Shown piece by piece: positions 24,842 through 36,361 of a DNA stretch of 64,000 nucleotides. The position numbers were made by a program, and so were the translations under genes. Every line of letters starts with the position of its first letter. Position 1 is the first letter of the stretch. Under the pieces are notes generated by a model. That model saw nothing but the letters and a program-made list of their open reading frames with translations, was not told where the DNA came from and made no database searches. Source of the DNA: Mobula hypostoma (lineage: Eukaryota). The DNA is taken from NCBI RefSeq assembly GCF_963921235.1, contig NC_086097.1, positions 102,488,001-102,552,000 on the forward strand, given 5' to 3'.

Positions 24842-25559
24842 TTGCTATTTTTTTTAATTATCTCCGTTGATCGGAGGCTGTGAATTGGTTGGTTTTAACT
24901 TTTTCGTGCCCTATTTGGGCAGAAAAGTTTATTTTTGATTTCTTAATATGGTTGCTAAACTTTCTTTTCAACTGCGTCATTTCTTTCTTTTTCCAGGGGA
25001 TTCTGGGTGGTTACTTCCTTTTTGTCATCTTACGTATTTCCTGTGTGGCCTTAAATTTTGTAGTTTTTTAAAATTTTATTCTGTTTTGCTTTTTATAACC
25101 ACTTTATGTCAATAATCTTATTTTTTCTTGTTGCTGTGTTTATTCATGGGTTTGGGGTTTATTGTGGTTTTTTTTTAATATATATTTTCTGGCTTTTGTT
25201 CTGTTGTGTGTGTATTTTAATTGAGCTACCTTTTTTTTACTTTTTTACTGTTTTACAATTAGCTGATCTTTTTCATATTTATACCTTTTTTTAGGGAGCG
25301 TATACCGGAAGTCATGGGGGTAGTTTTAGCGCTTGCTTCTTTCGGGCGGGTCTGCTTTAGATTTTGCCTTGGGCTCTTGGGGCGGGGGGGTGGTGGGAGG
25401 GGCTTCACGTTTTAGTTTGTTTCTCTTTGGGCTATATACATTATTGAAGTACTGGTTGCGTCCTTTTTCCCGGTATCTTTCGTATGTTCTGTTTCCTCTC
25501 CGGGTTTGTGGGTCGAGCCTATCGTCAATCCTCCTTGTTGTGGGTTGACTTTAGGATTT

Positions 25560-28500
25560 ATGGAGTCTATTATTAATTTTGTCTCCTGGAATACTAACGG
25601 TCTTAATCATCCTATTAAAAGGAAAAAAGTTTTTAAAGTGTTCCGGAGACTTAAAGCACAAATTTTATTTTTACAAGAGACCCGTGTACGGAGGGGGGAC
25701 AGACTACGTTTTTTTAAATTCTGGAAGGGACAACAATTTCATTCGAACTCCAATGCTAAGATTCGAGGCGTCTCTATTTTTATAGATTCCTCAGTTACTT
25801 TTATACAACAGGATATTATTTCTGATCCGAATGGTAGATTTTTATTGGTTAGTGGTTTACTATTTAATAAAAAAGTAGTTTTGGTTAATGTTTATGCTCC
25901 TAATATGGATTGTCCGGAATTTTATAAATCATTGTTTAATCAGTTTCCGAATTTGAACGAGTTTTCATTGATCTGGGGCGGAGATCTTAATACCTGTTTG
26001 TCTCCAGCTTTGGACCGTTCGGCTCCTTTACGGACCTTACCTAATAAATCTGCAAATTTGATTAATTTTTTCCTTTCTGATTCTGGGTCGACGGACATTT
26101 GGCGTTTTCTGCATCCTCAGGAAAAAGATTTTTCCTTCTTTTCACATGTTCATCATTCCTATTCAAGAATTGATTATTTTCTTATTGATTCTCGTCTTAT
26201 TCCTTCAGTGATTAAATGTGATTATGATTCTATAACCATTTCGGATCATGGTCCACTTAAGCTTTCTATTAAAATTATGGCCAATATACCAAATAATAGA
26301 CAATGGCGTTTTAATTCGCTGTTGCTTCAGGACTCGGACTTTGTTAATTTTATGAATGAACAGATTGAGCTTTTTTTTACAATTAACCATACAGAAGATA
26401 TTTCGGTTAACACTCTTTGGGACACTTTTAAAGCCTATATTCGGGGTCAGATTATTTCGTATTCTGCTGCTTTGAGGAAGAAACAGAAGCAGGAGGAGAT
26501 GGCAATTGTGGACAAGATTAAAGAAATTGATAAGAAATATGTTATGGCTCCTTCTGAGGAGTTATACAAACAAAGAACTGAACTTCAAATGGAACACAGT
26601 TTACTACTCTCGTCCTCGATTGTAAACCAATTAAAGAAAACAAGAAGTGACTTTTATGTTCACAGTGACAAAATTGGCAAGCTGCTGGCTAATCAATTGA
26701 AATCTAATTATGTTAAATCTCAAATCAATCATATTTATAACCAAAATGATCGATTGATACTGGATCATGTGGGGATTAATCAAACCTTTTGTGATTTTTA
26801 TTCTCCTTTATATCAATCAGAGTCTCCTCGAGATTCTAAATATATGAATGATTTTTTAGATAAGTTACACTTCCCTCAGATTTCACAGGATATGTCTTCT
26901 TTATTAGATACTTCCATTACAATGGATGAGATTAAGAATGTTATTTTTTCTATGAATCTGGGGACAGCTCCTGGCCCGGATGGGTTTACCGTTGAATTTT
27001 ATAAATGTTTTGCTTCTTTATTGATTCCTTGGCTCTGTAGGGTTTTTGAGGCTTCTCTGAAACTTGGTAAACTTCCTGAATCTTTTAATAGAGCATCAAT
27101 TTCTCTAATACTAAAGAAGGATAAAGACCCTGTTCAATGTGCATCTTATAGACCAATATCTTTATTAAATGTTGATTCTAAAGTTTTTTCTAAGTTATTA
27201 GCAAATAGACTAGAAAAAGTACTTCCTTCTATTATTTCGGAAGACCAAACGGGTTTTATTAAAGGTCGTTACTCTTTTTATAATATTCGTACATTGTTAA
27301 ATATCGTTTATACTCCCTCACAAAATGTTCCTGAGTGTGTTATTTCTTTAGATGCCGAGAAAGCTTTTGATAGAGTAGAATGGCCTTATTTATTTAAGGT
27401 GCTTGAAATGTTTAATTTTAGCTTGAAATTTATATCCTGGATTAAACTGTTATATCATTCCCCTGTAGCCTCGGTTCGTACTAACTCTTTAAACTCACCT
27501 TTTTTTCCTCTCTTTCGAGGTACTCGACAAGGCTGTCCTCTTAGTCCCCTATTATTTGATATTGCATTAGAACCTCTTGCAATTGCTATTCGAGAATCTT
27601 CAAATATTACTGGGATAACTCGGGGATTAAAGTCCCATAAATTATCACTCTATGCTGATGATTTACTTTTATATATTTCTAATCCTGAGAAATCCATTCC
27701 TGCTGTTTTAGAGTTATTAGCACAATTTGGTTTTTTCTCAGGTTATAAATTAAATCTTAGTAAGAGTGAACTTTTTCCGATTAATGAACATCTTCCCTTA
27801 TATTATAAATTTCCATTTAAATTGATTAATAATTATTTTTCATATCTTGGGATTAAAATTACTTGTAAATACAAAGATTTATTTAAGACTAACTTTTTAC
27901 CATTAATAGACCATATTACTCAACTTTCATCTAAATGGTTTCCCTTATATTTAACTTTGATTGGTCGTATTAATGCAGTTAAGATGTTTTTTTTGCCAAA
28001 ATTTTTATATGTGTTTCAGGCATTACCAATTTTCGTTCCAAAATCTTTCTTTGATAAAGTTGACTCTAAAATTTCTTCATTTATTTGGCAGAATAAGAAT
28101 CCGAGACTGGGTAAAATACATTTACAGAAAGCTAAGAGAGATGGAGGTTTAGCATTACCTAACTTTAGATTCTATTATTGGGCTATTAATATTCGACATA
28201 TGAAATTTTGGTTACTTGACCAGGACATACTATCTATTCCTAAATGGGTAGCATTGGAATTACAATCTGTTCAGGGTTATACACTTGGCTCTATTTTAGG
28301 CTCCTCTCTCCCTTTTGATTCGAAACGCCTTAAGCAGGTCTCTAACCCGATAGTTAAATATGCTTTGCGCATTTGGTTTCAATTCAGAAAATTTTTTGAT
28401 CTTAATCAATTCGGGTTAGCGATTCCTATTTTAGGTAACATATTTTTTCCTCCCTCTTTTACGGATCGCGCTTTTCAAACTTGGAAGACTAAGGGTATTT

Positions 28501-29336
28501 TACGGTTTTTGGATTTATTTTTAGATGGTTCCCTTATGTCTTTTGAACAATTATCTAATAAATATAACTTATCAAGAATACATTTTTTTAGATATTTACA
28601 AGTTAGAAATTTCCTAAGTACTATACTTTCTTCCTTTCCAATGCTTCCTCCTACATATATTTTAGATTCGATAATTAACCTCAATCCATGTCAGAAAGGT
28701 GCATCAGCTATGATTTATAATATTATTATGAAACTTAGGAAAGCTCCATTTGATAAGATTAGGGTAGATTGGGAACAGGAATTGGGGCTTACCATTTCTG
28801 TGGATGATTGGGGGCAGATTTTACAATTAGTTAATACTTCCTCTATTTGTGCTAAACATTCCCTAATTCAATTTAAAGTGGTTCATAGAGCACATATGTC
28901 CAAAGATAAGTTGGCGCGTTTTTACTCGCATATTAATCCTTTCTGTGATAGATGTTCGGGGCAGATAGCCTCTTTAACTCATATGTTTTGGTCTTGCCCT
29001 ACTTTGGAAACTTTTTGGAGAGATATTTTTAATATTATTTCTAAGGTATTAAATATAGATATCTCTCCTCACCCTATTACTGCTATCTTTGGACTACCTA
29101 AAATTTCTAGTAATCTTTCCCCTTCAGCCCGTAGAATGATTGCATTTCTTACTTTAATGGCGAAAAGATGTATTTTACAACATTGGAAAGAGCTTAATGC
29201 TCCAACTACCTTTTTTAGGTTTTCTCAGACGATTTTATGTTTGAATTTGGAGAAAATTAGAAGTAACCTTTATGATTCTTCATTTAAATTTGAACAGATT
29301 TGGGGACCTTTTATTCGATATTTTCATTTAATGTAA
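25560..29336 (+). CDS. L1 ORF2p (APE endonuclease, reverse transcriptase, C-terminal Cys/His motif)
   Basis: 1258 aa from the ATG at 25560. Motifs: SWNTNG, LQET, GGDLN, SRIDY, SDH, YRPISLLN, LDAEKAFDRV, GTRQGCPLSP, YADD, YLG and CDRC...HMFWSC. Confidence 0.96.
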   Translation: MESIINFVSWNTNGLNHPIKRKKVFKVFRRLKAQILFLQETRVRRGDRLRFFKFWKGQQFHSNSNAKIRGVSIFIDSSVTFIQQDIISDPNGRFLLVSGLLFNKKVVLVNVYAPNMDCPEFYKSLFNQFPNLNEFSLIWGGDLNTCLSPALDRSAPLRTLPNKSANLINFFLSDSGSTDIWRFLHPQEKDFSFFSHVHHSYSRIDYFLIDSRLIPSVIKCDYDSITISDHGPLKLSIKIMANIPNNRQWRFNSLLLQDSDFVNFMNEQIELFFTINHTEDISVNTLWDTFKAYIRGQIISYSAALRKKQKQEEMAIVDKIKEIDKKYVMAPSEELYKQRTELQMEHSLLLSSSIVNQLKKTRSDFYVHSDKIGKLLANQLKSNYVKSQINHIYNQNDRLILDHVGINQTFCDFYSPLYQSESPRDSKYMNDFLDKLHFPQISQDMSSLLDTSITMDEIKNVIFSMNLGTAPGPDGFTVEFYKCFASLLIPWLCRVFEASLKLGKLPESFNRASISLILKKDKDPVQCASYRPISLLNVDSKVFSKLLANRLEKVLPSIISEDQTGFIKGRYSFYNIRTLLNIVYTPSQNVPECVISLDAEKAFDRVEWPYLFKVLEMFNFSLKFISWIKLLYHSPVASVRTNSLNSPFFPLFRGTRQGCPLSPLLFDIALEPLAIAIRESSNITGITRGLKSHKLSLYADDLLLYISNPEKSIPAVLELLAQFGFFSGYKLNLSKSELFPINEHLPLYYKFPFKLINNYFSYLGIKITCKYKDLFKTNFLPLIDHITQLSSKWFPLYLTLIGRINAVKMFFLPKFLYVFQALPIFVPKSFFDKVDSKISSFIWQNKNPRLGKIHLQKAKRDGGLALPNFRFYYWAINIRHMKFWLLDQDILSIPKWVALELQSVQGYTLGSILGSSLPFDSKRLKQVSNPIVKYALRIWFQFRKFFDLNQFGLAIPILGNIFFPPSFTDRAFQTWKTKGILRFLDLFLDGSLMSFEQLSNKYNLSRIHFFRYLQVRNFLSTILSSFPMLPPTYILDSIINLNPCQKGASAMIYNIIMKLRKAPFDKIRVDWEQELGLTISVDDWGQILQLVNTSSICAKHSLIQFKVVHRAHMSKDKLARFYSHINPFCDRCSGQIASLTHMFWSCPTLETFWRDIFNIISKVLNIDISPHPITAIFGLPKISSNLSPSARRMIAFLTLMAKRCILQHWKELNAPTTFFRFSQTILCLNLEKIRSNLYDSSFKFEQIWGPFIRYFHLM

Positions 29337-32300
29337 TATTTACCCTTGTTTTTTTTTCACTGTTTTTAATGGAGGTCGGGATTGAGGACGTGATTTTAAG
29401 TTTAACTCTGTTTGGTTTCAAGTTAGCCCATTGCTTTGCCTTGCTTTTAGTTAGTTGCACGGTGGGGTTTTTTTTGGGGTTTTTTTTTCTTTTTTTCCAT
29501 TGATATATATAAAATTTAGTATACTATTATGTTATCTTGGTTTCTTATGTTTAAATTACATTGTTTGTAGTATTTTTTTTTGGTATTGATACCTTTTGGA
29601 ATTTTATTATACTTTAACATTGTATTAATGTTTATATGGCTTACCTTTTTTGTATACTTAATAAAAAGATTTAAAAAGAAAGAAAGATTATATTATAATC
29701 GATCCCCGCTTCTTACCTAGTGTTAAAACTTGCAAATATGACGCTATTGCTGTATCTGATCATGCACCTCTGAGTTTGTCTTTTGAATTTGATGATGTCA
29801 TTCTTGCCCGCCCACCTTGGCGCATGTCTCAGACATTATTGCAAAACTCTGACTTTGTCAGTTTCATTGAAACACAGATAAAATAATTTTTTCTTTTTAA
29901 TGATGTAGGCAGTATGTCTAAATTAGTTATATGGGATACATTTAAAGCATTTTTACATGGTCAGATTATTTCTTATTCAACTAAACTTAAAAAAACAAAC
30001 TAAAGCAGAATTAGATAGAATTTCAAAACAAATTAAAGATTTTGATAATATCTATGTAATTTCCCCCAATACTGATTTATTTAAACAAAGGGTGGAACTT
30101 CAATCACAATATAACCTGTTATTAACTCATCCCATTGAAGGATATTTGCTTAAGTTAAAGAGCCAATTTTATATGTTTGGAGATAAAAATGATAAACTAC
30201 TTGTATCTCAATTAAAAATAGCTGCAACCAAAAGGTAAATCATGAAAATTTGTAGGAAAGATGGTACCCTAGCTCAGGAATATGAAGAAATTAATGAGAT
30301 TTTTCAAGATTTTTATGTTGAGCTTTATAAATCTCAATGTCTGTTAGATTCCTCTGAAATGAATGCTTTTTTACAAAAGATTGTTTTTCCTAAAATCTCG
30401 GTTGAGGATCAAAAAACTCTCTGCTCAAATCACTGAAGCCAAAATTCATAAAGCTATTTTTTCAATGCAATCTGGTAAGTCCCTGGGACTTCATGGCTAT
30501 CCTGTAGAATTTTATAAAAAATTTGGGAAGATGCCTTCTCTGTATATGTTGGAAATGTTTAAGGATTCTTTTGTGAAAGGTGACTTGCCCTCTACTTTTT
30601 ATGAGGCTTCTATTTCTTTAATTCTTAAAAAAGATAACGATCCTACTGACTGTGCTTCATATAGACCTATTTCATTACTGAACGTTGATGCTGAGATTTT
30701 GTCAAAGATAATGGCCAATCGGTTGGAGAAATATTTTGGGTAAAATTATTTTTAAAGATCAAACAGGCTTTATAAAGGGTCGCTATTCTTTTTCAAATGT
30801 TCAGAGACTATTTAACATTATATATTCACCCTCTTTTCAAACTCCACAATGTGTTGTATCTTTGGATGCTGAAAAAGCGTTCGATCGAGTTGAATGGAAA
30901 TATTTATCCAATGTTTTAGAGAAATTTGGCTTTGCTAATTTTAATAATTGGATTAAAATGATATATAAAGCCCCTTTTGCTACACTTGTCACTAACAATT
31001 GTAGGTCTTTTTTTTCAGCTTTCATGGGGGGCAAGGCAAGGTTGTCCATTAAGTCCTTTGTTGTTTAATTTAATATTAGAACCCCTTGCTATTGCTCTTC
31101 GTGAGGCTAAAAATATCCATGGGATTTTTGTGAATGAGACCATGCATAAGATCTGTCTTTACGCTGATGATTTATTGGTTTATATATCTAACCCTGACGA
31201 ATCCATTCCTGCCTTGCTAAAATTATTTAATTAATTTGGAGATTTTTCAGGATATAAAATAATTTTTAGTAAAAGTGAATTGTTTCCTTTAAATGATTCT
31301 GTCTCTATATAAGATAATACTCCTTTTAAAGTTACAGATTCTTTTAGATACCTAGGTATTATAATTACTAAAAAATATAAGGATCTTTATAAAGCCAATT
31401 TTGTTCCCTTAGTAGACTCTATGAAGTATTTATTTAGTAGATAGAGTCCACTTACATTTTCACTTGTTGGTCGTATTCATATAGTTAAAATGATGATTTT
31501 ACCGACATTTTTATATTTATTTCAGAATATTCCTGTTTTTTTGACTAGGAAGTTTTTTGATCGGACTGATTCTATTATTTTATCTTTTATTTGGAATAAT
31601 AAACGGCCAAGAATTAGTAAATGTCACTTACAGAAATTGAAAAAGGATGGAGGTCTTGCTTTGCCTAACGTAAGAATGTATTATTGGACTGTTAATGTGC
31701 GATATATGTCTTTTTGGTTATACTGCGTTGATAGGAGTGATCGGCCAATTTGGGTAGACCTGGAACTGGAAGTTGTAAAACAGTTTTATTTAACCTTGTT
31801 ATTGGGAGCTCCTTTACCTATGCAATTAGTTAAAGTTGTTAATTTAAACCTATATCCCGTGATTAAGTATTCTTTACAAATTTGGCTCCAGTTCCGCAAT
31901 TTTTTTTAATCTTAAAAAATTTAAACTTTGTAGTTTAATTTACCGAAATTACTTTTTTTAACCTTCTTTGAGTGATCCAATTTTTTTACTTTGGAAAAAT
32001 AAAGGTATTAATTCTTTTTTGGATTTATTTAAAGAAGATAGATTGATGTCTTTTGAACAATTAATTGATAAATATTCTCTTTCATACTCATACTTTCTGC
32101 AATACCTTCAAGTTAGACATTTTTTACAAAAATATTTAGTAATTTTCCTTACATATTGGAGGCTGACCTGTTAGATACTATTATGAGTATGAATCCTTGG
32201 ATTAAGGGTTCTATTGGAAGAATTTATAATTTATTATTGCAATTGGATAAGCGTCCTTTATGTAAGATTAAACAGGATTGGGAAAAGGAACTTAATTTGA

Positions 32301-35188
32301 CTTTTATGACGGAGGATTGGATGCGGATTTTGAAGTTGGTTAATTCTTTTTCAATTTGTGCTAGCCATTCATTGATTCAATTTAAAATTGTACATCGTTA
32401 TCATTTGAGAAAGGAGAGACTTTCTAAAATCTTTTCTAATGTTAGTCATTGTGATAGATGTAAAACTGAGATAGCTACACTGACATGTATGTTTTGGTCT
32501 TGTTCTATATTGGAACAGTTCTGGAAGTCGGTTTTTTCAACAATTTCTAAAGCACTTAAAGCTAATTTACAACCTAATAAATTAACTGTGCTTTTTGGAA
32601 TAATTCCTCAAAATATTCATGGTATTTCTGTGTCTGACCAACATGTTATTGCATTTGTTACATTGATAGCTGGGAGGGCCATTTTGTTGAAGTGGAAGGA
32701 TACATCAGCTCCCACTTTGTCACAATGGTTCTGTCAAGTGATACTATGTCTTAGTTTGGAGAAAATTAGAAGTCGAACCTTTGAACCTTTATTTGTTTTT
32801 GTGGAAGATGGGGCTCATTTGCTCATTATTATCATTTGAGTTAATTGATATAATTTTTCCATGATCTAATTGTAAATTTTTTAGTATATTTTCTTGCTGG
32901 CGGTGTGATGTTTACTTTTAGAAGCTTTTTGTATGACATAGGACTCCGGGGTTGTACACCTAATGAGTTCTTTTTTTTTCTCACTTTTCTGCTTAGAAGG
33001 TTTTTTTTGTTATCACAAAAAATTTTTTTCAATCTTTAAGATAATATCTTTTTTGAGACATTGTAAGTGTTGTTACTTCAATGTATTCATGTTATTTTTC
33101 CTGAAAAACAATAAAAAGATTTGAAAAGAAAGAAAAAGACATTTGTATTAATGATTTGGATGAGTGTTGTTAATATGATTAGTATGTTTGCAACTGATAC
33201 CGCAATTGTTGGTCCAGTTCACAGTGAGGAAGATTACCACAGGCTGAACTGGGGAAGTGGGCCAAGAAATGGCAAGTAGAACTCAGGCAAGTGGTAGGTA
33301 TTGTATTTTGAAAAGTTGTACCAGGGCAGCACTTGGTCCCTGAAAATTGATGTAGAAAAGAGAGATCTAGGATACAGGTACATAATTCCTGTAATGTTGT
33401 ACACAGATAGGTGGAGAAGGTGTCGGGTATGCTTGCCTTCATTGATTGGTGTGTTGAATCCAGGAGTTGGGACATCATCTTGAAACTGGACAAGTCATTG
33501 ATGTGACCACATAGAAGATTATGCTTAATACTGATCACTCAGCTATAGGAAGGATATCATTAAAATGGAAAGGGTGCCGAAAAGATTCACAAGGATGTTT
33601 CCAGAATTAGGGAATCAATAGATCTTGAGGATCAATGTGGTTGCATTTGGAGCCCCAAGAGCTGGTTGAGGTGTTCAATGAATAAATCTCATCTGATACC
33701 TCCATGAGAAGGTAATGGAAGCTAAGGAATAACGGAACATAGTAATGTATGGACAGGCTGGGACTTTATTACCTGGAGTATAGATGGCTGAGGAGGTGAC
33801 TTTGTTTAAGTATGAGAAGGGGTTTACCAGCACATGCACTAAGAATTAGAATGCATGTGTTATAACTTGGGAAAGTCAGAAAAACTTGGGTCGTTTTCTT
33901 GGGAGCAGCAGAGGCTGAGGGGAGATCTGATGGAGATTTACAAGATTCTGAGAAGCATAGATAGAGTATACAGACAGTATGTTTTCCCAGGGTTGAAATG
34001 TCCAATAACAGAGGGTATGCATTTAATGTGAGAGGAAGAAAATTCAAGGGAGATGTGATGGGCAAGTTACTCTGACTTTTGGCAGTTGGAAATACTCTTA
34101 ATCAGTTCCTGTACCTCAATGTTCACCCCATTGCCTGATCTCTATCCTCTGATTCCTATAATATCCAAAAATGCATTGCTCTCGAGTAGAGAATTCTGAA
34201 AGTTTGTAATCTATGGAGTGAGTACATTTCCCAAAGTAATTCATAACAGGAAGAGTATTGTATCCAACACCCTCAATGGTTCTAGAATCTCTGAGAGGAA
34301 GTGGGCTATTGATATCTACCCTGGCATTCCTTATCTGAGTTTTTTTCTGGTATCAATGAAGTCAGCTCTTGTTCATCTAAACTCTTCTGTGGTTATAGGG
34401 TGCTTTTATTAATCTTTCCTCATAGGACAACCTCTTTCCCAAAGGAATCACTTCAGTAATTTGATACTATGTTAACTCCAAGGTTTCCCATATTTTCCCA
34501 TTCGAATATATAACCTTTAATTTGAACTTTTTTCTTTATTTTTAATTAACCACTGTTAAGTGTCTCCTTCACTTAATCTGGTTAACCTATTGCTACTTTA
34601 TCCTTTAAATCTGTAAGCTTTCCCACACTTGAAACCCTTTAAAGTGTCATCTACAACCTTTGTTAAACAGTTTAGCAAAATATGCAGAGTCTCTGCTCCA
34701 GTGTAGCAGCAGCACTCTTCCAGTACTTTATGCTAGTGTCCTGTGAATTGAAATCCTTCTCCCAAGTTATTCTTCTTTCATTCAAACTTTCATTCATGGA
34801 GTACCAATCTCCATGCTGTTAAGTTAACAATACTGACATTACCGTCAGTGAGACTTTTAAAATTTCAGCCCAAGCTTCTGGATATATCTTGAGGAATCTT
34901 GTTCTTGATTTTATCTATATTGTTGATTTCTACATTGACCTTGACAATGGGATCCTTTAATGACAGAGGAAAAAGCCATTCTGTCTGTCTAGCTGTCAGG
35001 GGAGCAAGCTTTTATTTCCATTCCCCTCCCCTCATTTCCTTATCATCCTGCAACCTATTATCAGAGGCCGATCAATTCCACTTTGATTCTTTTTGCCATT
35101 AACCCACACAGTGATAACCTACCAATGAATTCTTGGGATATGTGAGAAAACTCGGAACACCGACGGCAAACTTCTACAGTAACGAAGT

Positions 35189-36361
35189 AACATCTGCTCT
35201 CATGATGAGGCTTTTCATTCCAGGACGAGGGAGATGTCCTCCTCTTTTAAAGAAAGGGGCTTCCCTTCCTCCACCATCAACTCTGCTCTCAAACGCATCT
35301 CCCCATTTCACGCACATCTGCTCTCACTCCATCCTCCCGCCACCCTACTAGGAATAGGGCTCCCCTGGTCCTCATCTACCACCCCACCAGCGTCCGGGTC
35401 CAACATATTATTCTCTGTAACTTCCGCCACCTCCAAGCACATCCCACCACTAAGCACATCTTTCCCTCCCCCCCCCCCCCGCTTTCCACAGGGATCGCTC
35501 CCTACGCGACTCCCTTGTCCATTCGTCCCCCACATCCCTCCCCACTGATCTCCCTCCTGGCACTTATCCTTGTAAGCGGAACAAGTGCTACACATGCCCT
35601 TACACTTCCTCCCTTACCACCATTCAGGGCCCCAGACAGTCCTTCCAGGTGAGGCGACACTTCACCTGTGAGTCAGCTGGGGTGATATACTGCATCCGGT
35701 GCTCCCGATGTGGCCTTCTATATATTGGCGAGACCCACGCAGACTGGGAGATCGTTTTGCTGAACACTTACGCTCTGTCTGCCAGAGAAAGCAGGATCTC
35801 CCAGTGGCCACACATTTTAATTCCACATCCCATTCCCATTCTGATATGTCTATCCACGGCCTCCTCTACTGTAAAGATGAAGCCACACTCAGGTTGGAGG
35901 AACAACACCTTAAATTCTGTCTGGGTAGCCTCCAACCTGATGGCATGAACATTGACTTCTCAAACTTCCGCTAATGCCCCACCTCCCCCTCGTACCCTAA
36001 CCGTTATTTATTTATATACACACATTCTTTTTCTCTCCTTTTTTTCCCCTCTGTCCCTCTGACTATACCCCTTGCCCATCCTCTGGGTTTCCCCCCTCCC
36101 CCTTTTCCTTCTCCCTGGGCTTCCTGTCCCATGATCCTCTCATATCCCTTTTGCCAATCACCTGTCCAGCTCTTGGCCCCATTCCTTCCCTCTCCTGTCT
36201 TCTCCTATCATTTTGGATCTCCCCCTCCCACTTTCAAATCTCTTACTAGCTCTTCCTTCAGTTAGTCCTGACGAAGGGTCTCGGCCCGAAACGTTGACTA
36301 TACCTCTTCCTAGAGATGCTGCCTGGCCTGCTGCGTTCACCAGCAACTTTGATGTGTGTGG
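35189..36361 (+). mobile_element. 5'-truncated Penelope-like element (single orientation)
   Basis: Same family as 12136-14303, with a frameshifted GIY-YIG domain. TSD cagtaacgaagt/cagtaacaaagt at 35177-35188 and 36362-36373. Confidence 0.9.
36264..36299 (+). ncRNA. Minimal type I hammerhead ribozyme motif, sense to UBR1 intron 1
   Basis: AGTC-CTGACGA-A-GGG-TCTCGG-CCC-GAAAC-GTT-GACT. Both core boxes, stem I and stem II are intact; the cleavage triplet is GUU. Confidence 0.7.

Larger units (their letters stand above)
23786..29685 (+). mobile_element. Full-length L1-clade LINE with both ORFs open
   Basis: 5' GGGGACTTCCGG, ORF1, 718 bp spacer, ORF2, T-rich 3' UTR, then AATAAA with an A/GAAA tail. 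Perfect TSD gattatattataatc(g) at 23771-23785 and 29686-29700. Confidence 0.97.
21506..33137 (+). mobile_element. Older full-length L1 (disrupted), interrupted by a younger L1
   Basis: ORF1 remnants (DLETRSRRKNMRIVG). ORF2 remnants (GGDFN, SRIDY, YRPISLLN, DAEKAFDRV, YADD, CDRC) carry frameshifts and stops. Tail AATAAAAAGATTTGAAAAGAAAGAAAAA. Confidence 0.9.
20740..34070 (+). mobile_element. Old CR1 relic split by the L1 insertions (pieces ~20740-21505 and 33138-34070)
   Basis: KKFCKYIKSK and cagggaccagtgctagg lie before the L1. attaatgatttggatgag (INDLDE) resumes directly after the L1 tail. Confidence 0.7.

Noticed and set aside
25506..25559. GTG-initiated N-terminal extension of L1 ORF2
   Set aside because: Artefact of allowing alternative starts. 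The ATG at 25560 directly precedes the endonuclease SWN motif.
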